A DNA stretch of 64,000 bases from Candidatus Deferrimicrobium sp. (GTDB taxonomy: Bacteria > Desulfobacterota > Deferrimicrobia > Deferrimicrobiales > Deferrimicrobiaceae), in the NCBI RefSeq assembly GCF_036396855.1, contig NZ_DASWKA010000043.1, forward strand, positions 2,762-66,761. The letters are read 5' to 3'. Position 1 is the first letter of the stretch. Every line of letters starts with the position of its first letter. This document shows positions 8,983 through 17,814 of this stretch, piece after piece. The position numbers were made by a program, and so were the translations under genes. Below the pieces are notes generated by a model. It saw nothing but the letters and a program-made list of their open reading frames with translations, was not told the DNA's origin and ran no database searches.

Positions 8983-10137
8983 ATGACCGCCTGGATCCAC
9001 CGGATCGACACGCTGCTTCCCGATTTCTCCTTCGCCCAGGAGGCGGCGATGGTGAAGATGCAGGAATGGGCTCGCGACGACCGGGAGCGGCGCCTGGTAC
9101 GCGCCGTTTACCGTCACTCGGGGATCGAGCGCCGCCACTCCGTCCTTCGAAACTACGATGGGGAAGGGGAGGGCGCATTCTTCCGGCCGGACGCCGGTGG
9201 AGCGCTTCGAGGCCCCGGGACCGCCGCCCGCAACGACATCTTTTCGACCGAGTCCCGCGCGATGTCGGTGGCGTTGGCCCGGAAGGTGATCGGAAACTGT
9301 CCCGGCGTCGCTCCCCCCGACGTGACGCACGTCGTGACCGTGTCGTGCACCGGGTTCTACAACCCCGGGCCCGACTACTACATCGTCCGCGAACTGGGGA
9401 TGTCCGACGCCACGCAGCGGTACCACCTCGGCTTCATGGGGTGCTACGCCGCCTTCCCCGCCTTGCGGATGGCCGCCCAGTTCTGCGCGGCGGACCCGTC
9501 CGCCGTGGTCCTCGTGATGTGCCTCGAGCTGTGCAGCCTCCACATCCAGTTGAACGGATCGGAGGACAACCTGCTCGCGAACTCGCTCTTCGCCGACGGG
9601 GCGGGGGCTGCGATCGTATCCGCCCGGGAGCCGGATCCGGGAACGCCCGCATATCGGCTGGCCGGTTTCCGTTCCGCGCTGGTTTCCGCCGGCGAGCAGG
9701 ACATGACGTGGAGGATCGGCGACCAGGGGTTCGACATCGCCCTGTCGAGCTACGTGCCGAAGCTGATCGGCTCGAACATCCGCGAGCTGGTCGGACCCGC
9801 ACTCGCCGCCGGGGGTCTGTCCACGTCCGACATCGCCACGTGGGCGGTCCACCCCGGGGGGAAGTCGATCATCGACCAGGTGCAGAGGACCCTCGGACTT
9901 TCCGACGACCAGGTGAGCGCCTCCCGCGAAGTGCTGCGCCGGCGCGGAAACATGAGCAGCGCCACCATCCTCTTCGTCCTCGAGGAGATCCTCAAGCGTC
10001 CCGCAGGGAAAGAGAGGGAGAGGGTCTGCGCCGTCGCGTTCGGGCCGGGGTTGACCGTAGAGACGGCGACCATGGAAGCGATCTTCGCTCCGGATGCCGT
10101 CGGGGCAGCCGCGGCGTTCCCCCTCCCGGCAGGATGA
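8983..10137 (+). CDS. type III polyketide synthase (chalcone/stilbene synthase family)
   Basis: Catalytic Cys in VTVSCTGFYNPGPDY, His in WAVHPGGKSII, Asn in RRGNMSSATILFVL, and C-terminal FGPGLTVE. Confidence 0.92.
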   Translation: MTAWIHRIDTLLPDFSFAQEAAMVKMQEWARDDRERRLVRAVYRHSGIERRHSVLRNYDGEGEGAFFRPDAGGALRGPGTAARNDIFSTESRAMSVALARKVIGNCPGVAPPDVTHVVTVSCTGFYNPGPDYYIVRELGMSDATQRYHLGFMGCYAAFPALRMAAQFCAADPSAVVLVMCLELCSLHIQLNGSEDNLLANSLFADGAGAAIVSAREPDPGTPAYRLAGFRSALVSAGEQDMTWRIGDQGFDIALSSYVPKLIGSNIRELVGPALAAGGLSTSDIATWAVHPGGKSIIDQVQRTLGLSDDQVSASREVLRRRGNMSSATILFVLEEILKRPAGKERERVCAVAFGPGLTVETATMEAIFAPDAVGAAAAFPLPAG

Positions 10138-11387
10138 GGCTCTCCGTCGCCACGAATTTCGACCCCGCGCTGGTCGATGCGCTCCGGGGGTTCCCGGTCG
10201 TCGAACTGTTCGGCAAGTTGCGGGAGGACGCAGTGGGCGGCGGGCGCGCTCCCTACCAGCTCGCGCCGGTGTCCCGGAAGGGGCTTGCCGCGCACGTGCG
10301 GTTTGCCCGGGCGGCGGGCATCTCCTTCAACTATCTCCTCAACGCGTCCTGCCTCGGCAACCGGGAGATCACGCGCGCCGGGCAGGCGGAGATCGAGAAC
10401 CTCTGCGGCTGGCTTTGCGGCATCGGCGTGGAGACGGTCACCGTTTCCTCCCCGTTTCTCCTTCGAATCGTCAAGACGCGCTACCCGGAGCTCAAGGTCC
10501 GGATCTCCGTTTTCGCGGGCGTGGATCGCGTGCGCAAGGCGCGGATGTGGGAGGAGATGGGCGCGGACGGGATCGTCCTCGACAGCCTCCTCGTGAACCG
10601 GGAATTTTTCACGCTGGCCCGGATCCGCGAATCGGTGAAATGCGACCTCGAGCTGCTGGTGAACAACAACTGCCTCTACTCCTGCGCCCTCTCCCCGGCC
10701 CACATGAACGCCCTGGCCCATGCCGGCCAGAAATGGCACGGAAACCGCGGCTTCTTCATCGACGGCTGCTTCCTGCGGTGCACGGAGATGAAGCTGCGGG
10801 ATCCCGTGAATTACATCCGCTCGGAGTGGATCCGCCCGGAAGACATCTCCGCGTACGAGGAAATGGGGTACGACCTGTTCAAGGTGACGGAGCGGGACCT
10901 TCCCACGCCGGTGATGGTCAACCGGGTCCGGGCCTACGCGGCGCGCCGGTACGACGGCAATCTCCTCGACCTGGTCCAGCCGTACGCCTTGCAGGGGGTG
11001 AGCGGGAGCGAACGGTACTACCGGAAGGGGATCGGGTGGCAGCGAAGGTTCCTCCTTCGACCGGGGCTGGTGAACCCCGCCCGGATGCTCCCGCTGAAGC
11101 GGCTGGCGGACATGCGGCACATGACCCGTCCGGTGACGGGTGCGCCTCCGGTGGTCGTCGACAACCGGGCGCTCGACGGCTTCATCGAAAGGTTCCGGGA
11201 GAAAGGGTGCCGCGACGTGGAGTGCGAGGCGTGCCGCTGGTGCCACGATTTCGCGGCGAAGGCGGTCCGGATCGATCCGGAGGAGAGCCGACGGGCGCTG
11301 GCGGCGTATGACGAGGTGTTCCGCTCCCTCGACGGCGGGGCGATGTGGCGGTACCTCCCGGGCGGGAACGGGGTCGGCGACCCGTGA
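10134..11387 (+). CDS. U32-family (peptidase U32 / UbiU-UbiV-TrhP superfamily) protein
   Basis: ATG 10134 overlaps the PKS stop (ATGA); ORF 9066..11387 is trimmed accordingly. N-terminus is MRLSVATNFDPALVDAL..ISFNYLLNASCLGN..VETVTVSSPFLLRIVKTRYPELKV. A Cys block, NNNCLYSC...GCFLRC, could bind an Fe-S cluster. The family call is from memory of U32 architecture and needs an HMM. Confidence 0.6.
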   Translation: MRLSVATNFDPALVDALRGFPVVELFGKLREDAVGGGRAPYQLAPVSRKGLAAHVRFARAAGISFNYLLNASCLGNREITRAGQAEIENLCGWLCGIGVETVTVSSPFLLRIVKTRYPELKVRISVFAGVDRVRKARMWEEMGADGIVLDSLLVNREFFTLARIRESVKCDLELLVNNNCLYSCALSPAHMNALAHAGQKWHGNRGFFIDGCFLRCTEMKLRDPVNYIRSEWIRPEDISAYEEMGYDLFKVTERDLPTPVMVNRVRAYAARRYDGNLLDLVQPYALQGVSGSERYYRKGIGWQRRFLLRPGLVNPARMLPLKRLADMRHMTRPVTGAPPVVVDNRALDGFIERFREKGCRDVECEACRWCHDFAAKAVRIDPEESRRALAAYDEVFRSLDGGAMWRYLPGGNGVGDP

Positions 11388-12118
11388 CCGTGCGATTCCG
11401 CCTCAAGGCGCGGGAGTGGCTCGACGTCCCGGAGCGGAAGCGGGTCTACAACGAACGCCACTTCGCCGTGGCGGCGTCGCGGTACGACCTGGCGACGCGC
11501 ATGATGTCGCTCGGGCGGGACGCGGCGTGGAAGCGGGCGCTCATCGCGGCCTTGCCGGACTTCCCGGCCCCCGTTTGCGTCGATCTTGCGTGCGGCACCG
11601 GCGACGTGGCCTTCCTTCTCGCGGGACGCTACCCCGAAGGGGACGTCACAGGGCTGGATCTTTCCGCGCCGATGCTGGCGATCGCGCGGGAGCGGAACCG
11701 GTTCACGAACGTCCGGTTCGAGCGGGGCGACCTGTGCTGCCTCCCGTTTCCCGACGGTTCCGCCGATGTCGTTACCGGGAGCTACGCCCTTCGCAACGCT
11801 CCCGACCTTTGGAAAGCCGTCGCCGAGGTCCGCCGGGTGCTTTCCCCCGGCGGCGTGGCGGCGTTCCTCGACTTTTCGAATCCGGAGCGTTCCCTCCTCC
11901 GGTATTCGCAATACCTTCTTCTGCGGAGCTGGTGCGGCCTCTGGGGATTCCTCCTTCACGGGACGCCGGAAATCCACGGATATGTCGCGGAGAGCCTGCG
12001 GGAGTTCCCGGACCGGAACCGGTTGCGGGAAATCTTCCGGGAGAACCGGTTCGAGGTGTCGGCGGAACGCCGTTATTATCTCGGGATCACGGGATTGGTT
12101 CTCCTGCGTCCGGCATGA
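11345..12118 (+). CDS. UbiE/MenG-family class I SAM-dependent C-methyltransferase
   Basis: FAVAASRYDLATRMMSLGRDAAWKR..VDLACGTGDVAF..GLDLSAPML..LPFPDGSADVVTGSYALRNAPD..RVLSPGG..FLDFS matches the UbiE pattern closely. An alternative GTG start at 11384 overlaps the upstream stop (GTGA). Confidence 0.85.
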   Translation: MAVPPGRERGRRPVTVRFRLKAREWLDVPERKRVYNERHFAVAASRYDLATRMMSLGRDAAWKRALIAALPDFPAPVCVDLACGTGDVAFLLAGRYPEGDVTGLDLSAPMLAIARERNRFTNVRFERGDLCCLPFPDGSADVVTGSYALRNAPDLWKAVAEVRRVLSPGGVAAFLDFSNPERSLLRYSQYLLLRSWCGLWGFLLHGTPEIHGYVAESLREFPDRNRLREIFRENRFEVSAERRYYLGITGLVLLRPA

Positions 12119-12155
12119 CGTTTCCGTTGACTCGAAAACGTGGTAACTTTGAAAA

Positions 12156-13070
12156 ATGGCGATTGAAATGGAGAATTCCGGAAGGCCCGCCGCAGCGGGC
12201 AAGTCTACCGGTTCCTACCGTCACGGTCTCGCCCGCCCCGCCTCCTACAAGATCGGCTATTCCCTCGGGAAGTGGCTTCCGAGAGCGGTTCTGTTCGCCC
12301 TCGCGGACCTCCTCGCCGACGCCACGCACTGGACGAATCCGGAACCGGCCCGGAATCTCCAGGCGAACTTGCGATCGGCCTTCCCACGATGGTCCGAGCG
12401 GGAAGTCGAAGAATTCTCAAAGAGGATTTTCCGGAACTTCGCCCGCAATCTGGTCGATTACGGACGATTCCCTACGATCACGGACGAAGCGCTGGATCGG
12501 TTGCTTCCCTCCGTCCAGAACCTCCACTTCATGGAAGAGTCCTTCGCAAAGGGAAAGGGGGTCATCCTCGTGACCGGCCACATCGGTAACTGGGAACTGG
12601 GCGCCCTGTTCTTCGGCCGGCACGGCTTCAAGATCAACGTCGTAACGATTCCCGAAGGGAGCGAGCGGATCGATTCGATCCGCGGAGCATATCGCACGCG
12701 CCAGAACATCCGCACGATTGTCGTCGACGGTTCCCCGTTCTCCTCCCTCGAGATCGTGGCGGCGCTCCGCAGGGGGGAGATCGTCGCCATGCTCGTGGAC
12801 CGGTGGGAAGGCGCCGACGGCGTACCGGCGAAATTCTTCGGCGCGGATCGTCGTTTCCCCCGAGGCCCGTTCGTTCTTGGACGGGCGATGGGCGCCCCCA
12901 TTCTCCCCGCGTTCATCGTCCGGGAGGGAAGCGTCTACCGGGGAGTCGTCGATCCCCCTTTTTTCGTGGAGGAGCCGGAGGATGAGCCCGGGGCGCGACG
13001 GGTAAGCGAGTCTCTCGAACGGATGGTTCGGGCCTGCCCGGACCAATGGTATGATTTCGCACCTCGTTGA
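12156..13070 (+). CDS. LpxL/HtrB-type lipid acyltransferase (lysophospholipid acyltransferase superfamily)
   Basis: Catalytic-box motif VTGHIGNWELG, plus the downstream VAMLVDR and FPRGP motifs typical of lauroyl/myristoyl acyltransferases. Confidence 0.8.
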   Translation: MAIEMENSGRPAAAGKSTGSYRHGLARPASYKIGYSLGKWLPRAVLFALADLLADATHWTNPEPARNLQANLRSAFPRWSEREVEEFSKRIFRNFARNLVDYGRFPTITDEALDRLLPSVQNLHFMEESFAKGKGVILVTGHIGNWELGALFFGRHGFKINVVTIPEGSERIDSIRGAYRTRQNIRTIVVDGSPFSSLEIVAALRRGEIVAMLVDRWEGADGVPAKFFGADRRFPRGPFVLGRAMGAPILPAFIVREGSVYRGVVDPPFFVEEPEDEPGARRVSESLERMVRACPDQWYDFAPR

Positions 13071-13101
13071 GGATCATGGATTCGAGCAAGGAGACGAACG
13101 G

Positions 13102-14679
13102 ATGGGGCCATTGAAGCGATCCTCGCCGGGGAATGCGGCTGGCGCGGAAGGGGAAGCGCGGTACTCTCTCGGAGGGGAGAAGGTCCTCCCCGTGCGGACG
13201 ATCCTCCCGAAGAAAACGCGTTCCCTGTGCCCGGAGTGTCTTCAAACGGTCCCCGCCGGTCTGTACGAAGAGAAGGGGCGGGTGATGATGCGGAAGCGTT
13301 GCCCGGATCACGGCACGTTCACCGACGTCATCTTCTCGGACGTGGAGATGTACCTCCGCCTGGGGCAGTGGTATTTCGGGGACGGAGAGGGATTCGCGAA
13401 CCCCATCGACGGCATGGGGAAGGAGTGCCCGAACCGTTGCGGCATCTGCGGGTCGCATTCGACGCACACCTCCCTCGCCAATATCGACCTCACCGCGCGC
13501 TGCAACCTGTCCTGTTCGGTCTGCTTCGCGGACGCCAACCGGAATTCGTTCGAACCGTCGTTCGAACAGGTGGTGGAGATGCTCCGCCGTTTTCGCGCCC
13601 AGCGTCCTGCGCCGGCATTCGCCGTCCAGTTCACGGGGGGCGAGCCTACGCTGCACCCGCGATTTCTCGATATCGTGGCCGAAGCGCGGAAAATGGGGTT
13701 TTCCCACCTCCAGGCGGCCACCAACGGCATTCGGTTCGCCGACCCTGAGTTCGCGCGCAGAGCGCGGGATGCCGGGCTCCATTACCTGTACCTGCAGATG
13801 GACGGGACGACCGACGACGTCTTCCTGAAGATCCGCGGGAAGGCGTTGCTGGACACCAAACTCCGGGTGATCGATTCCGCGCGGAAGGCCGGTCTCCGCG
13901 TCATCTTCGTCCCCACCATCGTGAAAGGGGTGAACGACCACCAGATCGGGGACCTCTGCCGCCTGGCCTTCGACCATCTCGACGTGCTGTCGGGGATTTC
14001 CTTTCAGCCGATGACGTTCACGGGGAGGTACCCCGAATCGGAGCGCGAGAAACTTCGATTCACCCTTTCGGACCTTTCCCGGGAGTTCAGCCGCCAGACC
14101 GGGCTCACCCACCCCCTGGAGGATTGGTTCCCCCTGAACGCCGCGGTTCCCCTGGTCCGATACGCGGGGGCCGTAACGGGGAACGTGGCGGTGAACCACG
14201 CGTGCCATCCCCATTGCGGGTTGATGACCCTGTTTTTCGTCGGCCGGAACCGCGAGGCCGTCCCGATCACGAGGTTCCTCGACCTCCGGGGACTTCTCGG
14301 AGAGGTGGAACGGCTGACGGGGAGCGCGAGGGCGAGCCGGGTCAAGAGCTTGTCGAAGATCCGCGCCCTCCAGGCTTTTTACCGGTTTTTCCGGGAGGAC
14401 CGGGCTCCGGCCGGGTTGACGTTTCTCCGCTTTCTCAAGACCCTCGACGGGTTCGCCGAAAAGAAATACAGTTGGGACGGAAAGCACGAAGGGCACACAT
14501 TTAAGACCTTCTATGTCCTCGGGATGCATTTCATGGATGCCTACAATTACGACCTCGAGCGCGTGTCGCGCTGCGGCGTTCATTATTCGGCCCGCGACGG
14601 AAGAATCTACCCGTTTTGCACCTACAACTCGGGACCCGTCCACCGTCATCGTATAGAGAATTCGATTGCGTCTTCTTGA
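13102..14679 (+). CDS. radical SAM protein with an N-terminal Cys-rich (zinc-ribbon/rubredoxin-like) region; resembles the tetraether-lipid-synthase (Tes/GDGT-MAS, MJ0619-type) family
   Basis: CNLSCSVC radical SAM triad preceded by CPECL..CPDHG and CPNRCGICGSH. AAGGAG sits 8 nt upstream of ATG 13102 (longer ORF from 13051). The radical SAM call is secure. The Tes-like subfamily call is from memory and tentative. Confidence 0.8.
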   Translation: MGPLKRSSPGNAAGAEGEARYSLGGEKVLPVRTILPKKTRSLCPECLQTVPAGLYEEKGRVMMRKRCPDHGTFTDVIFSDVEMYLRLGQWYFGDGEGFANPIDGMGKECPNRCGICGSHSTHTSLANIDLTARCNLSCSVCFADANRNSFEPSFEQVVEMLRRFRAQRPAPAFAVQFTGGEPTLHPRFLDIVAEARKMGFSHLQAATNGIRFADPEFARRARDAGLHYLYLQMDGTTDDVFLKIRGKALLDTKLRVIDSARKAGLRVIFVPTIVKGVNDHQIGDLCRLAFDHLDVLSGISFQPMTFTGRYPESEREKLRFTLSDLSREFSRQTGLTHPLEDWFPLNAAVPLVRYAGAVTGNVAVNHACHPHCGLMTLFFVGRNREAVPITRFLDLRGLLGEVERLTGSARASRVKSLSKIRALQAFYRFFREDRAPAGLTFLRFLKTLDGFAEKKYSWDGKHEGHTFKTFYVLGMHFMDAYNYDLERVSRCGVHYSARDGRIYPFCTYNSGPVHRHRIENSIASS

Positions 14680-15451
14680 GTTCGCGCGATCCCCATGGAT
14701 CTCCCGCGGGACCCGGGACGCTACACTAAGGTGGATCGTTTCCGCCACGCTCCTTGCGCTGCTCCTTTCTCCTCGGCCGAACTTCGCGGAGGAAGCCGTC
14801 CCGGACGGCAAGAGGATCACGGGAGCGGAGAGGGACCGCTGGTTCGAGGAGATCCGCGATCGCCAGAAGGGGGTCACCGGCTGGAGCGCCGCGGTGGTGC
14901 AGCGGAAGCGGGACCCGCTCCTGAAGCACGAGGCGGTGTCCAGGGGGAAGTTGTCGTTCCGGAAGCCGGCCTCGCTTCGATGGGAAGTGGAGAGCCCCGA
15001 AAGAAGGATCGTGGTGATGGATGGCCGGACGGTGACCGCCTATTATCCGAAGAGAAAGGAGGCCGAGCGGAGGGACATGCAGGACGATTTCGCGGCCCGC
15101 GCCGCGCTGGGTTTTATCGAATCGGGGATCTCCGCTTCCCTCCCCGAACTGGAACGACGATTCCAGGTCGACCTTTTCCGGTCAGAGAACCAGGTGGTAC
15201 TGCGGTTGACCCCGCGCTCGAAGATGCTGTCCCGCGTCATCGCATCGATCCGGGTCCACCAGGATCCTGTGGAGGGAGGGCCGCGTCGAATCGTGGTCGA
15301 GGGAGCCCGCGGGGATCGGACCGAGACGACGTTCTCCGGGGTGACACTCAACCCCGAATTTCCCCCGGACACCTTTTCCTTGCGGCTGGGACCCGAGGTC
15401 AGAGTCACGGAAACGGGGGGACCGGAACGGGACCGGATCGATTCGCCATGA
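14666..15451 (+). CDS. LolA-like outer-membrane lipoprotein carrier family protein
   Basis: TTG start and a signal-like segment, IVSATLLALLLSPRPNFAEE. LolA-like pattern: GKLSFRKPASLRWEVESPERRIVVMDGRTVTAYYP. Confidence 0.65.
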   Translation: MRLLEFARSPWISRGTRDATLRWIVSATLLALLLSPRPNFAEEAVPDGKRITGAERDRWFEEIRDRQKGVTGWSAAVVQRKRDPLLKHEAVSRGKLSFRKPASLRWEVESPERRIVVMDGRTVTAYYPKRKEAERRDMQDDFAARAALGFIESGISASLPELERRFQVDLFRSENQVVLRLTPRSKMLSRVIASIRVHQDPVEGGPRRIVVEGARGDRTETTFSGVTLNPEFPPDTFSLRLGPEVRVTETGGPERDRIDSP

Positions 15452-15537
15452 CGAGGTTTCTCCGGCTGCGTGCGAACGAAACCTCGCGGGCGATTCCGAT
15501 CGCCTGAAGGGTTGATGGACCGCGGCGGCCCCGGGGA

Positions 15538-16713
15538 ATGACCATGTCGAGCGCAATGCCGGCCGTCCTGCTCCTCGACGGCTTGTGGAACAAGACGGTG
15601 GCGGCGGTCCGCTCCCTCGGGAAGCGCGGTTACCGTGTCTCGGTGGGGGAGAGGACCCGGTTCGCGCCCGCCCTGTTTTCGAGATACTGCTCGCGTCGTT
15701 TTCTTCACCCGTCGCCGGCAACCTCCCCGGAGGCATTTCTCGATGCGCTCGAAAAGGAGGTGCGCGTCGGCGGACACGACGTCGTTCTCGCGATGGAATT
15801 CGGCACGCAGGTCCTGCTCGCCCGGAATCGGCACCTCCTCGGGGGGAGGACGCGTTTCCCCTTCGCATCCGCGGACCTCGCGATCCGGGTCCAGGACAAG
15901 GGAGAGCTCGCGACGTTCGCATCGGCCCACGGCGTCGAGTGTCCCGCCACGTTCCGTCCGGAAGAGCCGGGGGACGTTCACGCGATGGCTTCGCTTCTCC
16001 CATACCCCCTCCTCATCAAGCCCAGGCTTTCCTCCGGAGGGAGAGGGATCGTGCGGGTGGAAACCGCCTCGCAGCTCCGGAAAGAGTATCCGAACGTGCA
16101 TGCCGTCCATCCGTCTCCGATCCTTCAGGAGTGCCTGCCCCCGGGAGGGGCCGCGCTGGGGGTGGCCGTTCTGATGAATTTTTCTTCCGAACCACGTGCA
16201 ACGTTCGCCTACCGGCGCCTGCGGGAATACCCCGTCGGCGGGGGCCCCAGCACGCTCCGGGAGAGCGTGCTGGACGAGCCGCTTTGCAGGACGACGGAAC
16301 GGCTCCTCTCGGCGCTCCAGTGGACCGGCGTCGCGATGGCGGAGTTCAAGGTCGACCCGAGGGACGGCAGGCCGAAGCTCCTCGAGGTGAATCCCCGATT
16401 CTGGGGATCGCTGCACCATGCGATCCTGTCGGGAGTCGATTTCCCGCACCTGTTGTGCCGGATGGCGATCGACGGGGATGTTCCTCCCCTGCGGGAGTAC
16501 CGGGTAGGCGTTCGGAGTCGATCCCTGATCCACGGGGACCTGATGCATTTCGCGGGAAACCCGCGGCGGTTCCACCTCGACCCCGGCTTCCTCGATTTTT
16601 CGATCCCGGATGACCTGCTGTCGACGTCGGATCCGTGGCCCGTGGTGGGGCGGGTGGCAACCCTGATCCCCGCGTGCTACGACAGGGACCTGCGGAAAAC
16701 GATGCTGGGCTAG
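15538..16713 (+). CDS. ATP-grasp domain ligase
   Basis: Pre-ATP-grasp N-domain (LLLDGLWNKTVAAVRSLGKRGYRV). Central LLIKPRLSSGGRGI and LQECLP motifs. C-terminal MAEFKVDPRDGRPKLLEVNPRFWGS, the ATP-grasp Mg site. Confidence 0.8.
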   Translation: MTMSSAMPAVLLLDGLWNKTVAAVRSLGKRGYRVSVGERTRFAPALFSRYCSRRFLHPSPATSPEAFLDALEKEVRVGGHDVVLAMEFGTQVLLARNRHLLGGRTRFPFASADLAIRVQDKGELATFASAHGVECPATFRPEEPGDVHAMASLLPYPLLIKPRLSSGGRGIVRVETASQLRKEYPNVHAVHPSPILQECLPPGGAALGVAVLMNFSSEPRATFAYRRLREYPVGGGPSTLRESVLDEPLCRTTERLLSALQWTGVAMAEFKVDPRDGRPKLLEVNPRFWGSLHHAILSGVDFPHLLCRMAIDGDVPPLREYRVGVRSRSLIHGDLMHFAGNPRRFHLDPGFLDFSIPDDLLSTSDPWPVVGRVATLIPACYDRDLRKTMLG

Positions 16714-16784
16714 GGGAATCGCTTCGCAAGCCGCGTCCGCGGGCACGGGATACGAAATCAGGAAACGGAGATGAGCGAAGGGCG

Positions 16785-17615
16785 ATGACGTGCCGGAACG
16801 CGCTGACCGTGGACCTGGAAGACTGGTATCACATCTGCGGGACGGGCCAGGCCGGGGACGTCTCCACGTGGGACGCGTATGAAAGTCGCGTGGTCCGCAG
16901 CACGGCGAGGATCCTTTCCCTTCTCCGGGAACATGGGGTCCGCGCCACGTTTTTCGTCCTCGGCTACGTCGCCGAACGCGAACCGGGATTGATCGCCGGA
17001 ATCGCGAAGGAGGGGCACGAGATCGCCACCCACGGACACTACCACCGAAGGGTGTTCGAAATGTCCGAGGAGGAGTTCGCGGAGGACGTCGATCGCTCCA
17101 TCGACGCGATATCGTCCGCCGGCGGGGGCCGCGTGATCGGGTACCGCGCGCCGGAGTGGTCCATCCGGCCCCACACGATGTGGGCGCTCCGGATCCTGCG
17201 GCGGAAAGGGATCCGGTACGACTCCAGCATGGTCCCCTTGACGCGAATGGGGGACCGCTCCTTCCCGACCGCGCCCTGCCGGATCCCGACGGAGGACGGG
17301 GAGATCCTCGAGTTCCCCTTGACCACCGTCCGCTGCTTCGGGGAACATCTCCCCTTCACGGGTGGGCTGCCGTTGCGCCTCATGCCGTATTTCTACGTTC
17401 TTTCGAGGATCCGCCGGATGAACGCGGTGGGAGATGCGGCGATGGTGTACGTCCATCCGTGGGAATTCGACGCCGGGCAGCCGAGGATCGAACTTCCATG
17501 GAGCCGCAGGTTCATGCATTATTTCAACCTGCGCTCGACCCCAGGGAAGCTTTCGGGGCTGCTCGGCAACCTGCGATTCGCGCCCCTCCGCGAAGTGCTC
17601 GAGATCGGCCAGTAA
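16785..17615 (+). CDS. polysaccharide deacetylase family protein (NodB-type, DUF3473-like C-terminus)
   Basis: ORF 16635..17615 trimmed to ATG 16785. ALTVDLEDWYH, ATFFVLGYVAEREP and HEIATHGHYH motifs. Confidence 0.85.
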   Translation: MTCRNALTVDLEDWYHICGTGQAGDVSTWDAYESRVVRSTARILSLLREHGVRATFFVLGYVAEREPGLIAGIAKEGHEIATHGHYHRRVFEMSEEEFAEDVDRSIDAISSAGGGRVIGYRAPEWSIRPHTMWALRILRRKGIRYDSSMVPLTRMGDRSFPTAPCRIPTEDGEILEFPLTTVRCFGEHLPFTGGLPLRLMPYFYVLSRIRRMNAVGDAAMVYVHPWEFDAGQPRIELPWSRRFMHYFNLRSTPGKLSGLLGNLRFAPLREVLEIGQ

Positions 17616-17616
17616 C

Positions 17617-17814
17617 GTGCGTGTGCCGCGATATGGGATCTCGCTGGCCGTTTCCGCGGCGGTGGCCGCGGGGGTTCTTTCCGCGCTTCTCCTCTTCGTG
17701 TTGTGGGCGGGATGGGCCGGGGCGGCCGGAATCCTGTCGGTTGTGGGGATCTTCCTCGCCTGGTTCTACAGGGGGAGGCGGCCCGACCTGGAGACGGGGA
17801 AGGAGAGAAAGTAG
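17617..17814 (+). CDS. small two-TM membrane protein
   Basis: GTG lies 1 nt after the deacetylase stop. About 65 aa with two hydrophobic helices (ISLAVSAAVAAGVLSALLLFVLW / AAGILSVVGIFLAWF). Its stop abuts the next ATG. Confidence 0.45.
   Translation: MRVPRYGISLAVSAAVAAGVLSALLLFVLWAGWAGAAGILSVVGIFLAWFYRGRRPDLETGKERK

Noticed and set aside
9066-11387. A 773-aa ORF spanning the type III PKS and U32 regions as one protein.
   Set aside because: Its first ~355 codons are an off-frame read-through of the PKS gene (RRPGAAPG-type low complexity). The real protein starts at ATG 10134, overlapping the PKS stop.
12119-12155. TTGACT ... TGGTAACTTTGAAAAA as a sigma-70 or sigma-54 promoter upstream of the LpxL-type gene.
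   Set aside because: Spacing and -10 (or -12) elements do not match either consensus (no TATAAT-like box at 17 nt, no GG-N10-GC). The gap is only 37 nt within a co-directional string.
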